A stretch of DNA of 64,000 nucleotides, taken from the NCBI GenBank assembly GCA_963812155.1, contig CAWETW010000002.1, positions 432,681 through 496,680 on the forward strand, written 5' to 3'. Within the stretch, counting starts at the first letter, position 1; each line of letters begins with the position of its first letter. Source of the DNA: Vulcanimicrobiota bacterium. GTDB lineage: Bacteria; Vulcanimicrobiota; Vulcanimicrobiia; Vulcanimicrobiales; Vulcanimicrobiaceae. Made by a program: the position numbers and the translations under genes. Below the pieces are notes generated by a model. It was not told where the DNA came from and did not search any database. It saw only the letters and a list, made by a program, of their open reading frames with translations. Shown in pieces: positions 18,944 through 33,429 of the stretch.

Positions 18944-21209
18944 CTAGAAACTCTGGCCGATGCCGAAGCTCGTGTGCGTTCCGTATGCGCCGCGCGCGAA
19001 GTCGATGCGCACGGTACGCAATCCGAACTGCGGCACGTCGAACCGTATGCCCGCGCCGTAGTCGCCGTAGAGCGCCCAATTGGCCGGATAACCGACGATC
19101 CGGTTCGTGTACGGATTCAGCAGCGGATACGCACCGCGAATCCGATAGTCGAGTTCGTCGACGAAGACGGCCAGCGTAATGCGGCGGTCGAGCGCCAGCG
19201 GCTGGCGCAACTCGATCTGTCCCGAAGCCGGCGTCGGTTGCGTAGAAGACTTGGTTGTAGCCGCGCATCTGCTGGTCGGAGAACGTGTACAGATTGTTCG
19301 GCGGAATGACGCCCGTGGATGCGTCGAGCAACAGGTGCACGCCGAGCGTTGCGGATTTGAGCACCGGGAAAAACTTCGCAATGCCCAGCGACGGTTGCGT
19401 GAACTGGAAGTTCGAACCGAGCGCCGGCATCGAGAACGTTCCCGACAAATAGGCGTTGGCGCCGTGGCGCGGATTGAACGGATCGTCGAGAGTGTTGGTC
19501 GAGAGGTTCAGCGTCGCCGTGTTGAGCTTGTACGGTGCGCCGGTGTTGACGTTGGCGATCGACGACGCCGCAATGCCGAACGACCCACCGTAGGAGTTGA
19601 CGGTGGAGTTGACCGGTCCGGGCGTCGGGCCGACGAAGATGTTCGGCTGGTTGCCTTGGAAATAAAATGGCGACGGCACCGTGGTGTTGTAGCGAATCGT
19701 TTGAGCGCTCAGGGCGAACGAAAGAATCGTATAGTCGCTGAGGCGGCGTCCGATGTTGCCGGACGCGCCGATCGAACTCGACGTATTGGTCGCGACGATG
19801 CCGCCGATCTGGGCGCTGTTGGTACCGGGATAGAGCGTTACCGGAACCGGCGCCGGCGTGCCGCCGATCGACGGGATGCTGGGAGACGAAGCCGTGACGC
19901 CGTACACCGGATAGTAGTACGTGTTGTTGTTCGCGAACAACTGCGCGCCGACACTGTATTTCTGCGATTGCGGCGAGTTGCCGAGATACGGAACCGCAAC
20001 GGCGATCTGAGCGACGCCCGTACGCGCGCCCTTCTCGAACTGAACCGATCCGGAGTTGCCGGTACCGTGCAGGTTGCTGTCGGAGAAGCCGAGCGTGCCG
20101 TAGAGCCCTTGCCCGGTGAGTCCGCCGGAGTATCCGAAACCGACCGAGGCTTGCGCGGTGCGCTGTTCGGTCACGTGCCATACCAGCGTCACGTCCTGCG
20201 GCTTCTTCGGATCGGGGCCGGGCTTGACGTCGGGCTCGACCTTCGAGAAGTAGCCGAGCGAGTTGAGCCGTTCGTAGTCGCGCTTGACCGCGTCCGTGTT
20301 GAGCACCATTCCCGGCACCTCGCGCAGCACGCGCCGGATGACCTGATCCTTCGTGCGCGCGTTGCCGGTGATTTCGACGATCGAAATGCGCGCGACGTAG
20401 ATATTGTATTTGACGTTCGCGGTGCCCGCCTTGTGATCGATCGACGACGGGTCGATGCCGCCCTCGAAGTTTCCGAGCTCCAGCCGATACTTGTCTTCGT
20501 AGAGTTTCTGCAGCGCTTTGAAGTCGGCATCGCGCACCGCGTCGGAGTAGATGGTCCCAGGCTTCAGCGTCAACGCCGGAAGAATCAGCGGCGGCGGCAG
20601 CAGCGGATCGCCGCCGATGATGATTTCTTTGACGACGAGACCCTCTTGAATCACCAGCGTCAGGACGCCGCTCTTCGGATCGAGGTTGAGATCCTTGACG
20701 TGCGTGGGGACTTGTCCGCCGTATCCGATGCGCTCGTAGTAGTTGTTGATCTTCAAAACGTCCTGGCGAAACGTGTTCGTGTTGAAGACTTGACCGACGG
20801 AAAGATCCATCAGTGCCAACAGCGTATCGCTGGGAACCTTTTGGTTTCCGTTAAAGACGATCTTGGTGAGTACCGGATTTTCCACCACGCGATAGGTGAT
20901 GGCGATGCCGTTGGGACGCTGGCGCACGAGCGGCGGCGCGATGTCGGCGAAGTAACCGAGCGCGTTGATGCGCGCCAAGTCGTCCTGCACGATCTTGGGA
21001 TCGTACGTTGCACCGGGTCGCGCAGCAATGACGGCCATGATCGTCGATGTCGGGACGTGCAGATTTCCGGTGACGTCGACCGAGACGATCTTCGGGGGAG
21101 TAGCCGCAGCGGCGCGCTGGGTCGCCGGAACGGCCGCGACGACGAGAGCGAGCAGAGCGCCCGCCCCGCACGCCAGTGCGCGAAGGGCGCGCCGAAGGTC
21201 AACGGTCAT
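18944..21209 (-). CDS. bamA: Omp85/BamA outer-membrane assembly factor (apparent frameshift near 19222)
   Basis: POTRA repeats (GNARTKDQVIRR), MRGY motif; C-terminus ...FGIGQSF lies in the adjacent frame. Confidence 0.9.
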
Positions 21210-21383
21210 GCGAAAAAAGTTCGTCCTCGACTTCTGATAGAGAGGCGCTGACGTCGTCAGCGACGGGCCGCCGGCTCCACGCGCCTGTTCTGACCCGGGT
21301 CGCCCTGTTCGCCCTGCCCGACTTGGGTCCTTGCCTGCCGGATGAGGCTCCGATTGGAGTTCGATGCGGCATGCGTTGAGACA

Positions 21384-24300
21384 CTACAAATATCGCTGTA
21401 AGCTGAAGCTGAAGCCGTTGGTTCCCAGCAACGGCAGCAGGAGCAACTGGTTCGAGGAACCCAGCACCGTCACGGGCTGCTCGAAGAGTTTAATGGGGCC
21501 CGTTTGGTAGTAGAAGCTCAGCGTTGCCGACGTGAAGGCGCTGGGATTGTACTTGACGCCGAACGACTGGATCTGTGGCAATCCAAAGGTTGTGGCATAG
21601 ACGGCACTGACCGATTTACCGAGCAGGCGAGTCGCCGAAACGCCGACGTTGCCATAGTAGCCGAGCGTCAGGTTGACGCTCGAGAGCCCGAGGCCCGAGC
21701 CGATGGCGTTTTCGAGCGGCGACAGCAAGCCGGCCGCGAACTGCGCGTTGAGCAGGTTGAACGCCTCTTGTCCTGCCGTAATCGTTCCGTTGTGCGTCTG
21801 ATAGGCGCCCGGCGGCAAAGGCGACAGCGCTCCGTAGGGCGTGATTCCGCCCGGCGACTGCACCTGGTAAGGCGATTGCGAGTTGAACGCGATGCCGTTG
21901 ATGAAGCCGCCGAACGGCGCGATCATCGAGAGCACCTGCTCCCTCGTATATCCCGGCGGATTCGACGTGAACGCAATCTTCAGCCCTTGAATTTGTCCGT
22001 CAACCGTAATGGTGATGTCCGCGGATCCGTACGGATTGCGCGCGCGGTCGGGATCGGGGTTGACGACGTTCGTCGTCGCCACCGCGTGAATGGTCGGCGC
22101 AATGCCGTCGCTCGGATCGAACGCGACGCTGCCCTCGCGCACGCGGAAGGCACGATCGAAATAGGTGAGCGTGCCGCCCGTCGACGTAATCGAGCCGCCC
22201 AGCTGCGGCGACGCCAGCGTACCGCCTAAGTGCACCGTGCCGGCAGCCCCGATGTCTAGCCCCGCGCCGTATCCGCTGCCGCGCACCCGCACGTTCTTGC
22301 CGGCGGTCGCATTCAAATCGAAGCCGACCGGTGGAAACGGCAGCGCGGTGGTGCCGGGCGCGTTCGCAGCGGCTTGTATGAACGCCGAGAAGGGCAGCGT
22401 CGCGTCGTTGAGCGTCAGCTTGCCGGAGAGCAACGCCGTCGACGCGGGCGTCTTCGTGAGCGTGAACCCGGCATCCAGCGAGCCGCTGCCGTAGGCGGGC
22501 AGGTTCAACTGCGCGCCGCGGGCGGTCACCTTCGCCGAGAACGCGTAGCCTGCGCTTGCCCCGGCCCCCTTTGGGAGTGTCAGGTTCCCCGACCCGGTCA
22601 TCGTGCCCGAGCCGAGCCGCGCGAAGACTCGATCGAACGTTGCGCCGGTACGATTGAAAACCAGACGGGCGGTCGCGTCGGAAATCGGCGTACGCTCGAG
22701 ATCGCTCGCGTACGATCCCTTCGAAAGTTGCGCGTGCCCAACGACGATCGGCGCGCGAATCGTCCCGCTCAATCCGAAGTGACCGTCGATCGTTCCGCCA
22801 AGCTTCGTGTTGTTCCCGAGGGCGGCGTCGAAGACGCCGGGATCCAAGCCCACGACGTCGACGTCGACGTTCAACGGCTGATCCGGCGGACCGATGCGAA
22901 ACGGCGACAACTCGAGCGGCAGCGACCCCGCCAACGACGCCTCGCCGCGCGCGAACGTTGCGCCCGCGTTCGAGAGCACGAGCGTGCGCCCGTGCAAGCG
23001 CACCTGTCCGAAGAGCGATTCGATGCCGACGTCGTACGCGCGCACGTTCGACGCGTCGAGCCCTGCCACGAACGTCGGCGATGCGAACGTGCCGCCGACT
23101 TGAAGGGTCGATTCGAAAGAACCCGCGACCGGAATTTTTACGCGTGCGAGTTGATACACCAGGCGGGGAAGATCGTCGGTGGCGGCGTGAATCTGCAGAT
23201 CGAGCGGGTCGCGCGGTCGCAGTCCGAGCGATCCGCCGGCCGTCGCGGAGAGACCGGGGGTTACTAATTGCGCGCGGTCGACGACGACGCGCCTCCCGCT
23301 CGAATGCACGCTCGCCGTCGCAGTATCCAGCGTCAGCGGCCCGAGCGTGCCGCTTTCGACCGACGCGTCGCCGCGCAGCGCAAACTGCGGATAGCGTCCG
23401 CGCAACATCGCGCTTCCCGACGCCTTGCCGGTAATCGGCACGGTTGGAAATCCCAACGCCGCCACCCACAGCGAGAGGTCGAGATTACTGACGGTCCCGT
23501 GCAAATCGTAGCGCGAACGGACGAGCGTTTCGTAGAGACTCGCCTCGGGCGAAAAACCGACCGACCCGCCGGCGCGCAGCCGTCCCTGGTCGCCGCCGAT
23601 TGCGAGCGACCCGTCGACTACGTTGCGCGCGCTCGACCACGACGCATAGGTATCGCCGATGGGAAGATTGCGGTAGCGGAACGACCGCACGGTTACGTTG
23701 CCGCTGGTCGAGAGGCGGTTGGCGCTCACCGCGGCCGCGATTTTGATCGATCCGTTGCCGTCGAGCGTGTCGCCCGTATCGAAGTAATCGTTGAAGTCGG
23801 AAAGATCCGCGTGCGGGGCGCTGACGTCGAGCGTGCTATTGCCCGGAGTGGTCGCGGCGTCGAACGCAACGCGCGTGCTCGCCACCTGCACGTGTCCGTC
23901 GCGCGCGCCGACGCCGCGGGTATCGGCGGCCAGCATCGCGGCGCCGTCGACGAAGCGCAGACCGTTGATGGAGCCGGCGGGTACCGCAACACGGCCGGCT
24001 ACGGTGGGCGCGGCAGCAGCACCGCCGACGGTGAGGTTTGCATTGAACGTTCCTTCGGTCGCGTAGTTGGGAAGATGGAACGAGCGCAGCGCGCCGGCGA
24101 TATCGGCGGCCGGAACGTCGGCGGTGAGCGCGTAGCGCGGACCGTTCGACGCGAGCCCACCCAGGCTGCCGCCGATGCGCGCGTACGTCGTTCCCAGCGC
24201 GCCGAGCACGCGATGCAAATACGCCGTCTGGCCCGTCAGCTGCACGTCGCCGTTGCCCGACAGCGCGAACTGCGCTACGCGTCCGCCGGCAATCGTCACG

Positions 24301-26630
24301 CCGCCGCCGAACGACGGAAGCGGGGCGCCGGCCGCCAAATCACCGCTCGCCCAAACATGTCCGGTTTCCAGCGGCAGCCCGATTCCGCGCAGTTGGACGG
24401 CGCTCAAACGATTGGCGATCAGCGAGAGCGCGCCGTTCGACGCACCCGGCGAGAGTGCGAAGATGCCCGCGGCAACGACGTCGCCGCCGGCCGCTTGCGC
24501 GTGTGCGGAGTAGACGCGCAGACGATTGCCTTCGATGCCGAGCGTGATGCTCGCATCCGAAATCGGCACGCCGCGCAACGTGGCATCGCGCATCGCGAGG
24601 TGCGATGCTTGCACGACGATGCCCGACGGCAGTACCGCAACGGCCGTTGGACCGGCTAATGCGCCGTGGGCGGGGATGGCGTTGCCGAGAAACGGCTGCA
24701 ACCCCTCGAACGTGCCGCGATACTCTCCGTTCGCGACGAACGCTTGCGTCGAGAAGGCGCCGCTGCCGGCGAACGCACCCCACGGTCCCGATGCCCGCAA
24801 CCGGCCGATGTGCGCGTTGCCGAGCGTTCCGCCGAACGCTGCATCGATGCGATCGAAATGCATGCCGGCGATCGTCGCTCCGTTCGCCGCAACGTTTCCG
24901 GCCAGCACGATATCGTTGCCGGATCCGCCGCCGGCAACCGCAACGTTCGTGATGCGGCCGCCGATCGGGGGAACGGCGGGCAGCGCCATTCCCGGGAACT
25001 TCGTCGAGACCGCGCGCATGTGAAGATTGCTCGCGAGCGCCCAGAAGGCGCTCGTGGAGTGCGGACGATCGAGTGCGTATCCGCCGTCGAAATCGCCGCG
25101 CCCGGTATGCATCCAAAACGGCGCAATCGCCGCCGTGCCTTCGGGATCGAGCGCGAAGAGCGCCGCGACGCGGCCGGTGCCAAGCGCCGACGCGGCCGCG
25201 CCGCGCACGCGGAACGACGTATTGTCGCCGGTGACCGCGGCGTCGACGAGCATCGGCTCGCGTCCGAGCATCTCGTCGAGATAGGGAAGCCGGTCGGCGG
25301 TGCCGGCGATATGGACGGCAAGACGCGAGTGCAGCCGCCCTGCGATGTCGAGCGTTCCGCGGATGCCGACGTCGGTTCCCTCGTAGCGCGCGCTCAGCGG
25401 CATCAGCGCCACGACGTTGTCGCGATACACGACGCCCGCGCGCAACGCATCGAACGGTAACTGACGATAGACGGCGCGCTTGGCCGCGCCTTGCGCGACG
25501 ATCATCGGATTGTCGATTGGCCCTTGCACGAGAACGCCGAGATTGATGACGCCGGAAATCGGTTCGCGGCGCGTGAACGCAAACGCACTTCGCAGTGAGG
25601 CCAAGTCGCCCGTGCCGTAGATGCCCAGCCGCAGTTGTGCGATGCCGGTCAAGTCGCCCGTTAAATCGTAGATGCCGCCCGCCATGTGCAGCGGGATGCC
25701 GGCCAGCGATGCATGGATATGCTTCAGGAAAAAGGCGTTGTCGACGAGCTGCAAGCGGCCGTGGATCGCTTCGACGGGTGCGTCGAGCGCCGCAAGCGCC
25801 AGCGCACCGCCGTCGATGTCGAGCTGCAGGTTGGCATGGTACTCGGGCGTGACGTTCGGCTGCACGTCGAGCGAGTAGAGCCGTGCGTCGAAGTTGCGGG
25901 CACGCCCCTTGAGAATGCGCACGACCGGCGTATCGGCGAAGTAATTCGCGAGCGCGCGCAGCGGAAAGCGTGCCGCGCGAGCGCGGTGCATGGCGTAGCC
26001 GCGTATCGCGTCCATCGTGCCGACGAGCGTGAAAGGCATGGGCCGGCTCCCCACGAGGAAGGAACCGCCCGCATCGTAGTGGGAGCGCCGGGCCGTGTCG
26101 ATCGCTGCGTCGACGTTGAAGTGCACGATGCGAATGCGCTTGGCGCTGGCGTCGTAGGCCCTCGGCTCGAGCAACTCGAGCGACGCATCGTGCATGCGCA
26201 GATCGAAGCGAATCGGGACGTCGCTGACCACCTGCGGCGCCGGCGCCTGCGGCAGACGTCGCGCCGCGGCGGGAACGATGAAATTGTACGTACCGTCGGC
26301 AAACCGTTCGATCGTCAGCTTGGCATCCCGTACCTCGATGCCCACCAAGCCGAAACGATGCGCGCTACCCGGGAACAGATCGCGAAGCGAATACCGTACG
26401 TCGATGCGCGACGCCGAGAGCAGCGGAACGCCGTCGCGGGACACGCGCACGCCGGCAAAGGCTGCGTGACCGGCGCCGATATGCTGCTCGCCCAGCGCAA
26501 CGGTATAACCGCTCGCCAAGAACGCCGCCGTCTCGAGGGTCCAGCGGACGGCGAGGTGGCGGAAGGCGATCGCCGTTCCGAACACGACGATCGCGACCGT
26601 TAGGCCGGTCAGCCACCAACGTTTGCGCAC
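21384..26630 (-). CDS. tamB: TamB/AsmA-like translocation and assembly protein
   Basis: 1748 aa, N-terminal TM, Gly-rich beta repeats, DUF490-like C-terminus, upstream of bamA. Confidence 0.8.
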   Translation of the reverse strand: MRKRWWLTGLTVAIVVFGTAIAFRHLAVRWTLETAAFLASGYTVALGEQHIGAGHAAFAGVRVSRDGVPLLSASRIDVRYSLRDLFPGSAHRFGLVGIEVRDAKLTIERFADGTYNFIVPAAARRLPQAPAPQVVSDVPIRFDLRMHDASLELLEPRAYDASAKRIRIVHFNVDAAIDTARRSHYDAGGSFLVGSRPMPFTLVGTMDAIRGYAMHRARAARFPLRALANYFADTPVVRILKGRARNFDARLYSLDVQPNVTPEYHANLQLDIDGGALALAALDAPVEAIHGRLQLVDNAFFLKHIHASLAGIPLHMAGGIYDLTGDLTGIAQLRLGIYGTGDLASLRSAFAFTRREPISGVINLGVLVQGPIDNPMIVAQGAAKRAVYRQLPFDALRAGVVYRDNVVALMPLSARYEGTDVGIRGTLDIAGRLHSRLAVHIAGTADRLPYLDEMLGREPMLVDAAVTGDNTSFRVRGAAASALGTGRVAALFALDPEGTAAIAPFWMHTGRGDFDGGYALDRPHSTSAFWALASNLHMRAVSTKFPGMALPAVPPIGGRITNVAVAGGGSGNDIVLAGNVAANGATIAGMHFDRIDAAFGGTLGNAHIGRLRASGPWGAFAGSGAFSTQAFVANGEYRGTFEGLQPFLGNAIPAHGALAGPTAVAVLPSGIVVQASHLAMRDATLRGVPISDASITLGIEGNRLRVYSAHAQAAGGDVVAAGIFALSPGASNGALSLIANRLSAVQLRGIGLPLETGHVWASGDLAAGAPLPSFGGGVTIAGGRVAQFALSGNGDVQLTGQTAYLHRVLGALGTTYARIGGSLGGLASNGPRYALTADVPAADIAGALRSFHLPNYATEGTFNANLTVGGAAAAPTVAGRVAVPAGSINGLRFVDGAAMLAADTRGVGARDGHVQVASTRVAFDAATTPGNSTLDVSAPHADLSDFNDYFDTGDTLDGNGSIKIAAAVSANRLSTSGNVTVRSFRYRNLPIGDTYASWSSARNVVDGSLAIGGDQGRLRAGGSVGFSPEASLYETLVRSRYDLHGTVSNLDLSLWVAALGFPTVPITGKASGSAMLRGRYPQFALRGDASVESGTLGPLTLDTATASVHSSGRRVVVDRAQLVTPGLSATAGGSLGLRPRDPLDLQIHAATDDLPRLVYQLARVKIPVAGSFESTLQVGGTFASPTFVAGLDASNVRAYDVGIESLFGQVRLHGRTLVLSNAGATFARGEASLAGSLPLELSPFRIGPPDQPLNVDVDVVGLDPGVFDAALGNNTKLGGTIDGHFGLSGTIRAPIVVGHAQLSKGSYASDLERTPISDATARLVFNRTGATFDRVFARLGSGTMTGSGNLTLPKGAGASAGYAFSAKVTARGAQLNLPAYGSGSLDAGFTLTKTPASTALLSGKLTLNDATLPFSAFIQAAANAPGTTALPFPPVGFDLNATAGKNVRVRGSGYGAGLDIGAAGTVHLGGTLASPQLGGSITSTGGTLTYFDRAFRVREGSVAFDPSDGIAPTIHAVATTNVVNPDPDRARNPYGSADITITVDGQIQGLKIAFTSNPPGYTREQVLSMIAPFGGFINGIAFNSQSPYQVQSPGGITPYGALSPLPPGAYQTHNGTITAGQEAFNLLNAQFAAGLLSPLENAIGSGLGLSSVNLTLGYYGNVGVSATRLLGKSVSAVYATTFGLPQIQSFGVKYNPSAFTSATLSFYYQTGPIKLFEQPVTVLGSSNQLLLLPLLGTNGFSFSLQRYL

Positions 26631-26733
26631 GCCCAGGAACCTCGCATTCCTTTACCCTTCGGCAAGCGGCGACTCCCTGCCGCCACATCCTTACGTTTCA
26701 ATGAGGAAGCCCCTGAGCTTCCCTTAAAGCCGG

Positions 26734-29481
<2,748 letters not shown>

Positions 29482-29488
<7 letters not shown>

Positions 29489-30591
29489 GCCGCTGCCGCA
29501 ATGCGCGCGCCGCTTACGACGCGCACGTGCGCGCTGGGGGGGAGCGCCTTGGGTACGTGCGTCGCCGTGACGAACGCCTGCTCGTAGTCGCCGACGCCGG
29601 CCAGAAACGCGGCCGCGCGTTCTTCGTCCAGCTCGGAGAGAACGTCGTCGAGCAACAACAGCGGCGCCTCGGCGGCGCGCTCGCGAGACACCGCGTACTC
29701 GGCCACCTTCAATGCCAGCACGGCCGTGCGCTGTTGTCCCTGCGACCCGTAGACCGCCAGCGAACGCCCGTCGAGCGCGAGCGCGAGATCGTCGCGGTGC
29801 GGACCCGCCACCGAAGACTTCCGGGCGCGTTCCGAAGCCGCGACGTGCTGCAGCCGCGTCGCTATGGCGGCCTCGACCGCTTCCGGCGTTGCGGTGTCGA
29901 AAGGAACGTTCGGCTCGTACTCGACCGCCAGTGACTCCGCCCCGTTGGTGAAGCGCGCGTGCGCATCGCGCGCCGCGCGCGCGAGCGCCTCGACGAACGC
30001 GGCCCGCGCGAGCACGATGTGCGTTCCGGCGGCAACGAGTTCGCGATCGTACACGGCCAGCAACTCCGGATCGCCGGGATCCTCAGCACGAAGCAAGGCG
30101 TTCTTCTGTTGCAGCGCTTTACGATAGCGCGCCAACTCGCGGTAGTATGCCGGGTCTTCTTGTGCGAGCGCGACGTTGAGAAATGCACGCCGCTGACTCG
30201 GCGCCCCGGCGGCCAGTTGCAGATCGGCCGGCACGAAGGTCACGACGCGCAACTTGCCGAGGAAACTCGAGTAGCGGACGGGACGGCCGTTGAGGGTGTA
30301 GGTTTTGCGGGTGCTGCGATGTCCTTTCGCGATCGTGCAGGCGAGGTTCACGCTGCCGGCACTCACGCGGCCTTCGCCGGAAATCGTTGCGGTTTCGGCG
30401 CCGTAGCGCACCGCGTCGGCGTCGCGGCTGGTCCGAAACGACTTTCCGGTGCCCAGCATCGCGATCGCTTCCAACAGATTACTCTTCCCTTGCGCATTGG
30501 CTCCGACGTACAGATTCAACCCCGGCGCGGGCTCGACGTCGAGTTCGCCGTAGTTGCGAAAGTCGAAGAGCCGCACGTGCGTCAGCCGCAC
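29482..30591 (-). CDS. recF: DNA replication/repair protein RecF
   Basis: GANAQGKSNLLEAI, GPHRDDL, GSQGQQR, LLLLDDVLSELD. Confidence 0.97.
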
Positions 30592-30609
30592 GAGCTCACG
30601 AGGACGGCC

Positions 30610-31725
30610 TTATTGGCGCAACGGCATGAGGACGTACAGCTGCTGCCCGGAGTCGAGCGGCTCGAGCGGTCGAATCGCGGCCGGTGAAAGCGGCCCGAGA
30701 AATTCGACGACCGTCTTGTCGCTCTTGACGTGATTGAGAATCTCAACCAAGTAACGCGCGTTGAACGCGATCGAAAGATCCTCGCCGGTCTGCTCGATTT
30801 CGAGTTCTTCGTACGCCGTACCGGAGACGTCGGAGTTGGCGGTGACGACGAGCGTTTGGTTCGATATCGCGAGCTTTACCATGCTCGCGCGGTCGCCGGC
30901 GACGAGTTCGGCGCGACGCAGGCTGCCGATCAGCGCAGCCGTCGCGACGGTCATCGTGCGGTCGAACTTCGCCGGTATGACTTGCTGGTAGTTGGGATAC
31001 TGCCCGTCCACGAGGCGGACCGTAATGGAGACGTCGCCGGCGGTCATCTGCAACTGATTGCTCTGGGCTCCGAGCGCGCTGACCGCGATCGTTTCGCCGG
31101 CGCCGAGATTGCGCGACGTTTCGGCGAGCGCGCGCGACGGCACGATGTATTTTTCGCTGCCGGTAATGCCGTCGTCGAGCGTCGTGACGAATTTCGCCAG
31201 ACGGTATCCGTCGGTCGCAACCATCGTCAACGACGCGCCTTCGATCTCGAGCAGGGTGCCCATGAGGACCGCGCCGCGTGCTTCTTCACTCGAAGCGGCG
31301 AAGATCGTGCCGTCGATGGCGTCGCGAAACTTCTTCGCGGCAATCGTGAAGTGCGACCCGCGCGTTGCCGCCGGCAGCGGGGGATACTCCTCGGCCGGCA
31401 AGGCGTGAAAATCGTAGTTGCTGCGCTCGCACTTGATGCCGGCGCGCGTCGGCGTGCCGGTCAGCTCGAGCGTGCCGGTCGGGAGATTCCCCAAGTAGCT
31501 CGAGAACAGTTTGGCCGGAACGGTGACCGACCCGGACTCGCTGATGTCGGCCGGAAAGGCGTGCTCGAGGGTGAGTTCTAGATCGGTGGCGCGCACCGCG
31601 ATCTTCCCTTCCTCTGCCTGCAACAGCACGTTGGAGAGGATTGGGACGGTCGTATGTGCGTTGACGACCTTGCTGGCTGCCCCCACCGCGGAAGCGATGT
31701 CTTTGGTATTACACGTAAACTTCAT
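30610..31725 (-). CDS. dnaN: DNA polymerase III beta clamp
   Basis: PILSNVLL, ATDLE, VATDGYRL, RLVDGQYP, FNARY, LMPLR. Confidence 0.97.
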   Translation of the reverse strand: MKFTCNTKDIASAVGAASKVVNAHTTVPILSNVLLQAEEGKIAVRATDLELTLEHAFPADISESGSVTVPAKLFSSYLGNLPTGTLELTGTPTRAGIKCERSNYDFHALPAEEYPPLPAATRGSHFTIAAKKFRDAIDGTIFAASSEEARGAVLMGTLLEIEGASLTMVATDGYRLAKFVTTLDDGITGSEKYIVPSRALAETSRNLGAGETIAVSALGAQSNQLQMTAGDVSITVRLVDGQYPNYQQVIPAKFDRTMTVATAALIGSLRRAELVAGDRASMVKLAISNQTLVVTANSDVSGTAYEELEIEQTGEDLSIAFNARYLVEILNHVKSDKTVVEFLGPLSPAAIRPLEPLDSGQQLYVLMPLRQ

Positions 31726-31759
31726 TTTCTACCGTTTCTACCGTTTCAAGCGTGCGGTA

Positions 31760-31940
31760 CTCGGGAGAATTTATATTTATACTAGAGCCGTAACAGCAGT
31801 AGGGCGGTGCATTCTGAGGACAAGTGCCCAACGGCACGCCGTGGCGGGGCAATGCGCCGGGAATAAGGTGTGGACGCGTCGCGGCGCGCGATGCACATAT
31901 GCACGTCATGAAAGCTGCGCAATGAGTTATCCCTGCAGGC
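31760..31940 (-). other. oriC unwinding element between dnaA and dnaN
   Basis: Minus strand reads TTGTCCTCA box (31815-31823), a short GC run, CTA CTG CTG TTA trio-like repeats (31791-31802), then AT-rich TATAAATATAAATT. Confidence 0.75.
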
Positions 31941-31986
31941 GCCGCCGCCCTGTGCGCACGCTGTGGCGAGCGCGGGCGGACGCGGG

Positions 31987-33339
31987 CTAAGGATTCTGAC
32001 ACATGGCGACGAGCTGACGGATCTTGTTCCGATACGCCTCGTCACGTTCCATCTGGTCTTTGATCTTGTCGCGCGCGTACATGACCGTCGTATGGTCTTT
32101 CTTCCCGAACTCCCGCGCGATCTGCGGCAGCGAATACTCGGTGAGCACGGTTGCGACGTACATCGCGATCTGGCGGGGCGCCGCCAGGCGCTGATCCCGC
32201 CGCCCGTTGTCCATCTCCTTCACGGTCAGCCCGTGGGCACCGGCGACGGTTTCCTTGATCTTCGCGATCGTGACCCGCTGGAGCGGCGCGTTGGCAACGG
32301 CGCTCTTGAGCACTTCGGCAGCGAGATCGATGGTGATCGGCGAGCGCGTCAGCGAGGCGTAGGCAACGACCCGAATCAGGGCGCCTTCGAGTTCGCGGAT
32401 GTTCGACGGGATGACCTTAGCGATGAACGAGGTCACCTCGTCGGGGACGGGGATCTTTTCGCTCTCGGCCTTCTTGCGCAAGATGGCTTCCCGAGTCTCG
32501 AGGTCCGGTGCCTGGATGTCGGTGAGCAGACCCCATTCGAAGCGCGATCGAAGGCGTGACTCGAGCGTCTGGATTTCCTTGGGTGGACGATCCGAGGAGA
32601 TGATTAACTGACGCCCGGATTCGTGCAGAGCGTTGAATGTATGGAAGAACTCTTCTTGCGTGGTTTCCTTTCCGGCCAAGAACTGAATGTCGTCGATGAG
32701 AAGCACGTCGACTTGGCGATAGCGATTGCGGAACTCGGGCGTCCGGTTGTTTTGCAGCGCGATAATAAATTCGTTGGTGAACTTTTCGCACGTAAGATAC
32801 ACGACGTTGGCGCTGGGGTTGTCGAGCATGACGCGATGGCCGATTGCGTGCATCAGGTGCGTCTTGCCCAATCCGACGCCGCCGTAGAGAAACAGCGGAT
32901 TATAGGCACGCGCGGGCGCGCTCGCAACCGCCTGCGAAGCTGCGTGGGCGAAGCGGTTGGAATTGCCGACGACGAACTCCTCAAACGTATAGCGGACGTT
33001 GAGGTTGGCGGTGCGCAGCTCTTCGGGGGCGCGCGCCGAGTGCGGCGGAACGGCGGCCGTCGTTTCGACGGGTTCCGCTACCGACAACCGCAACTCGAGA
33101 TCGGTTCCGAAGACGGCTCTTAATACGTCGATAATCTGCGCTTGCAGTTTCGTACCGACCCACTCGCGCGCAAACTTGCTGTGCACGGCGAGATGCAACT
33201 CGTTTCCGTGCAGACCGACGAAGCGCATCGGCTTGATCCACATCTCGAATACGGGTTTGGAAAAACTCGCTTCGAGCGTTCCCAACGCCGACTGCCACAA
33301 TTCGTTCGAGACGTCGGAATTGCCGAGCGCAAGCGCCAT
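31987..33339 (-). CDS. dnaA: Chromosomal replication initiator
   Basis: YNPLFLYGGVGLGKTHL, LLIDDIQF, RLRSRFEWGL, KKDHTTV. Confidence 0.98.
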   Translation of the reverse strand: MALALGNSDVSNELWQSALGTLEASFSKPVFEMWIKPMRFVGLHGNELHLAVHSKFAREWVGTKLQAQIIDVLRAVFGTDLELRLSVAEPVETTAAVPPHSARAPEELRTANLNVRYTFEEFVVGNSNRFAHAASQAVASAPARAYNPLFLYGGVGLGKTHLMHAIGHRVMLDNPSANVVYLTCEKFTNEFIIALQNNRTPEFRNRYRQVDVLLIDDIQFLAGKETTQEEFFHTFNALHESGRQLIISSDRPPKEIQTLESRLRSRFEWGLLTDIQAPDLETREAILRKKAESEKIPVPDEVTSFIAKVIPSNIRELEGALIRVVAYASLTRSPITIDLAAEVLKSAVANAPLQRVTIAKIKETVAGAHGLTVKEMDNGRRDQRLAAPRQIAMYVATVLTEYSLPQIAREFGKKDHTTVMYARDKIKDQMERDEAYRNKIRQLVAMCQNP

Positions 33340-33429
33340 CTTCTACATCCTCTATCGTCTGAGAAATTGAGCTGCCCCCAGCCCGGGAGGGCGCAAACTC
33401 TTGGCTTAATGAAGCGGTGCTCCTGCGAG

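Noticed and set aside
18109..21209. Programmed frameshifting or pseudogenisation of bamA and skp
   Set aside because: Single-base breaks without slippery sites in otherwise intact genes; the same pattern recurs elsewhere, so error is more likely.
21199..21384. 61-aa ORF bridging the tamB stop and bamA start
   Set aside because: No recognisable motif and plausible by chance in GC-rich DNA; translational coupling cannot be supported from sequence alone.
31726..31747. TTTCTACCG tandem duplication before dnaN
   Set aside because: Only two copies of 9 bp; no functional inference is possible.
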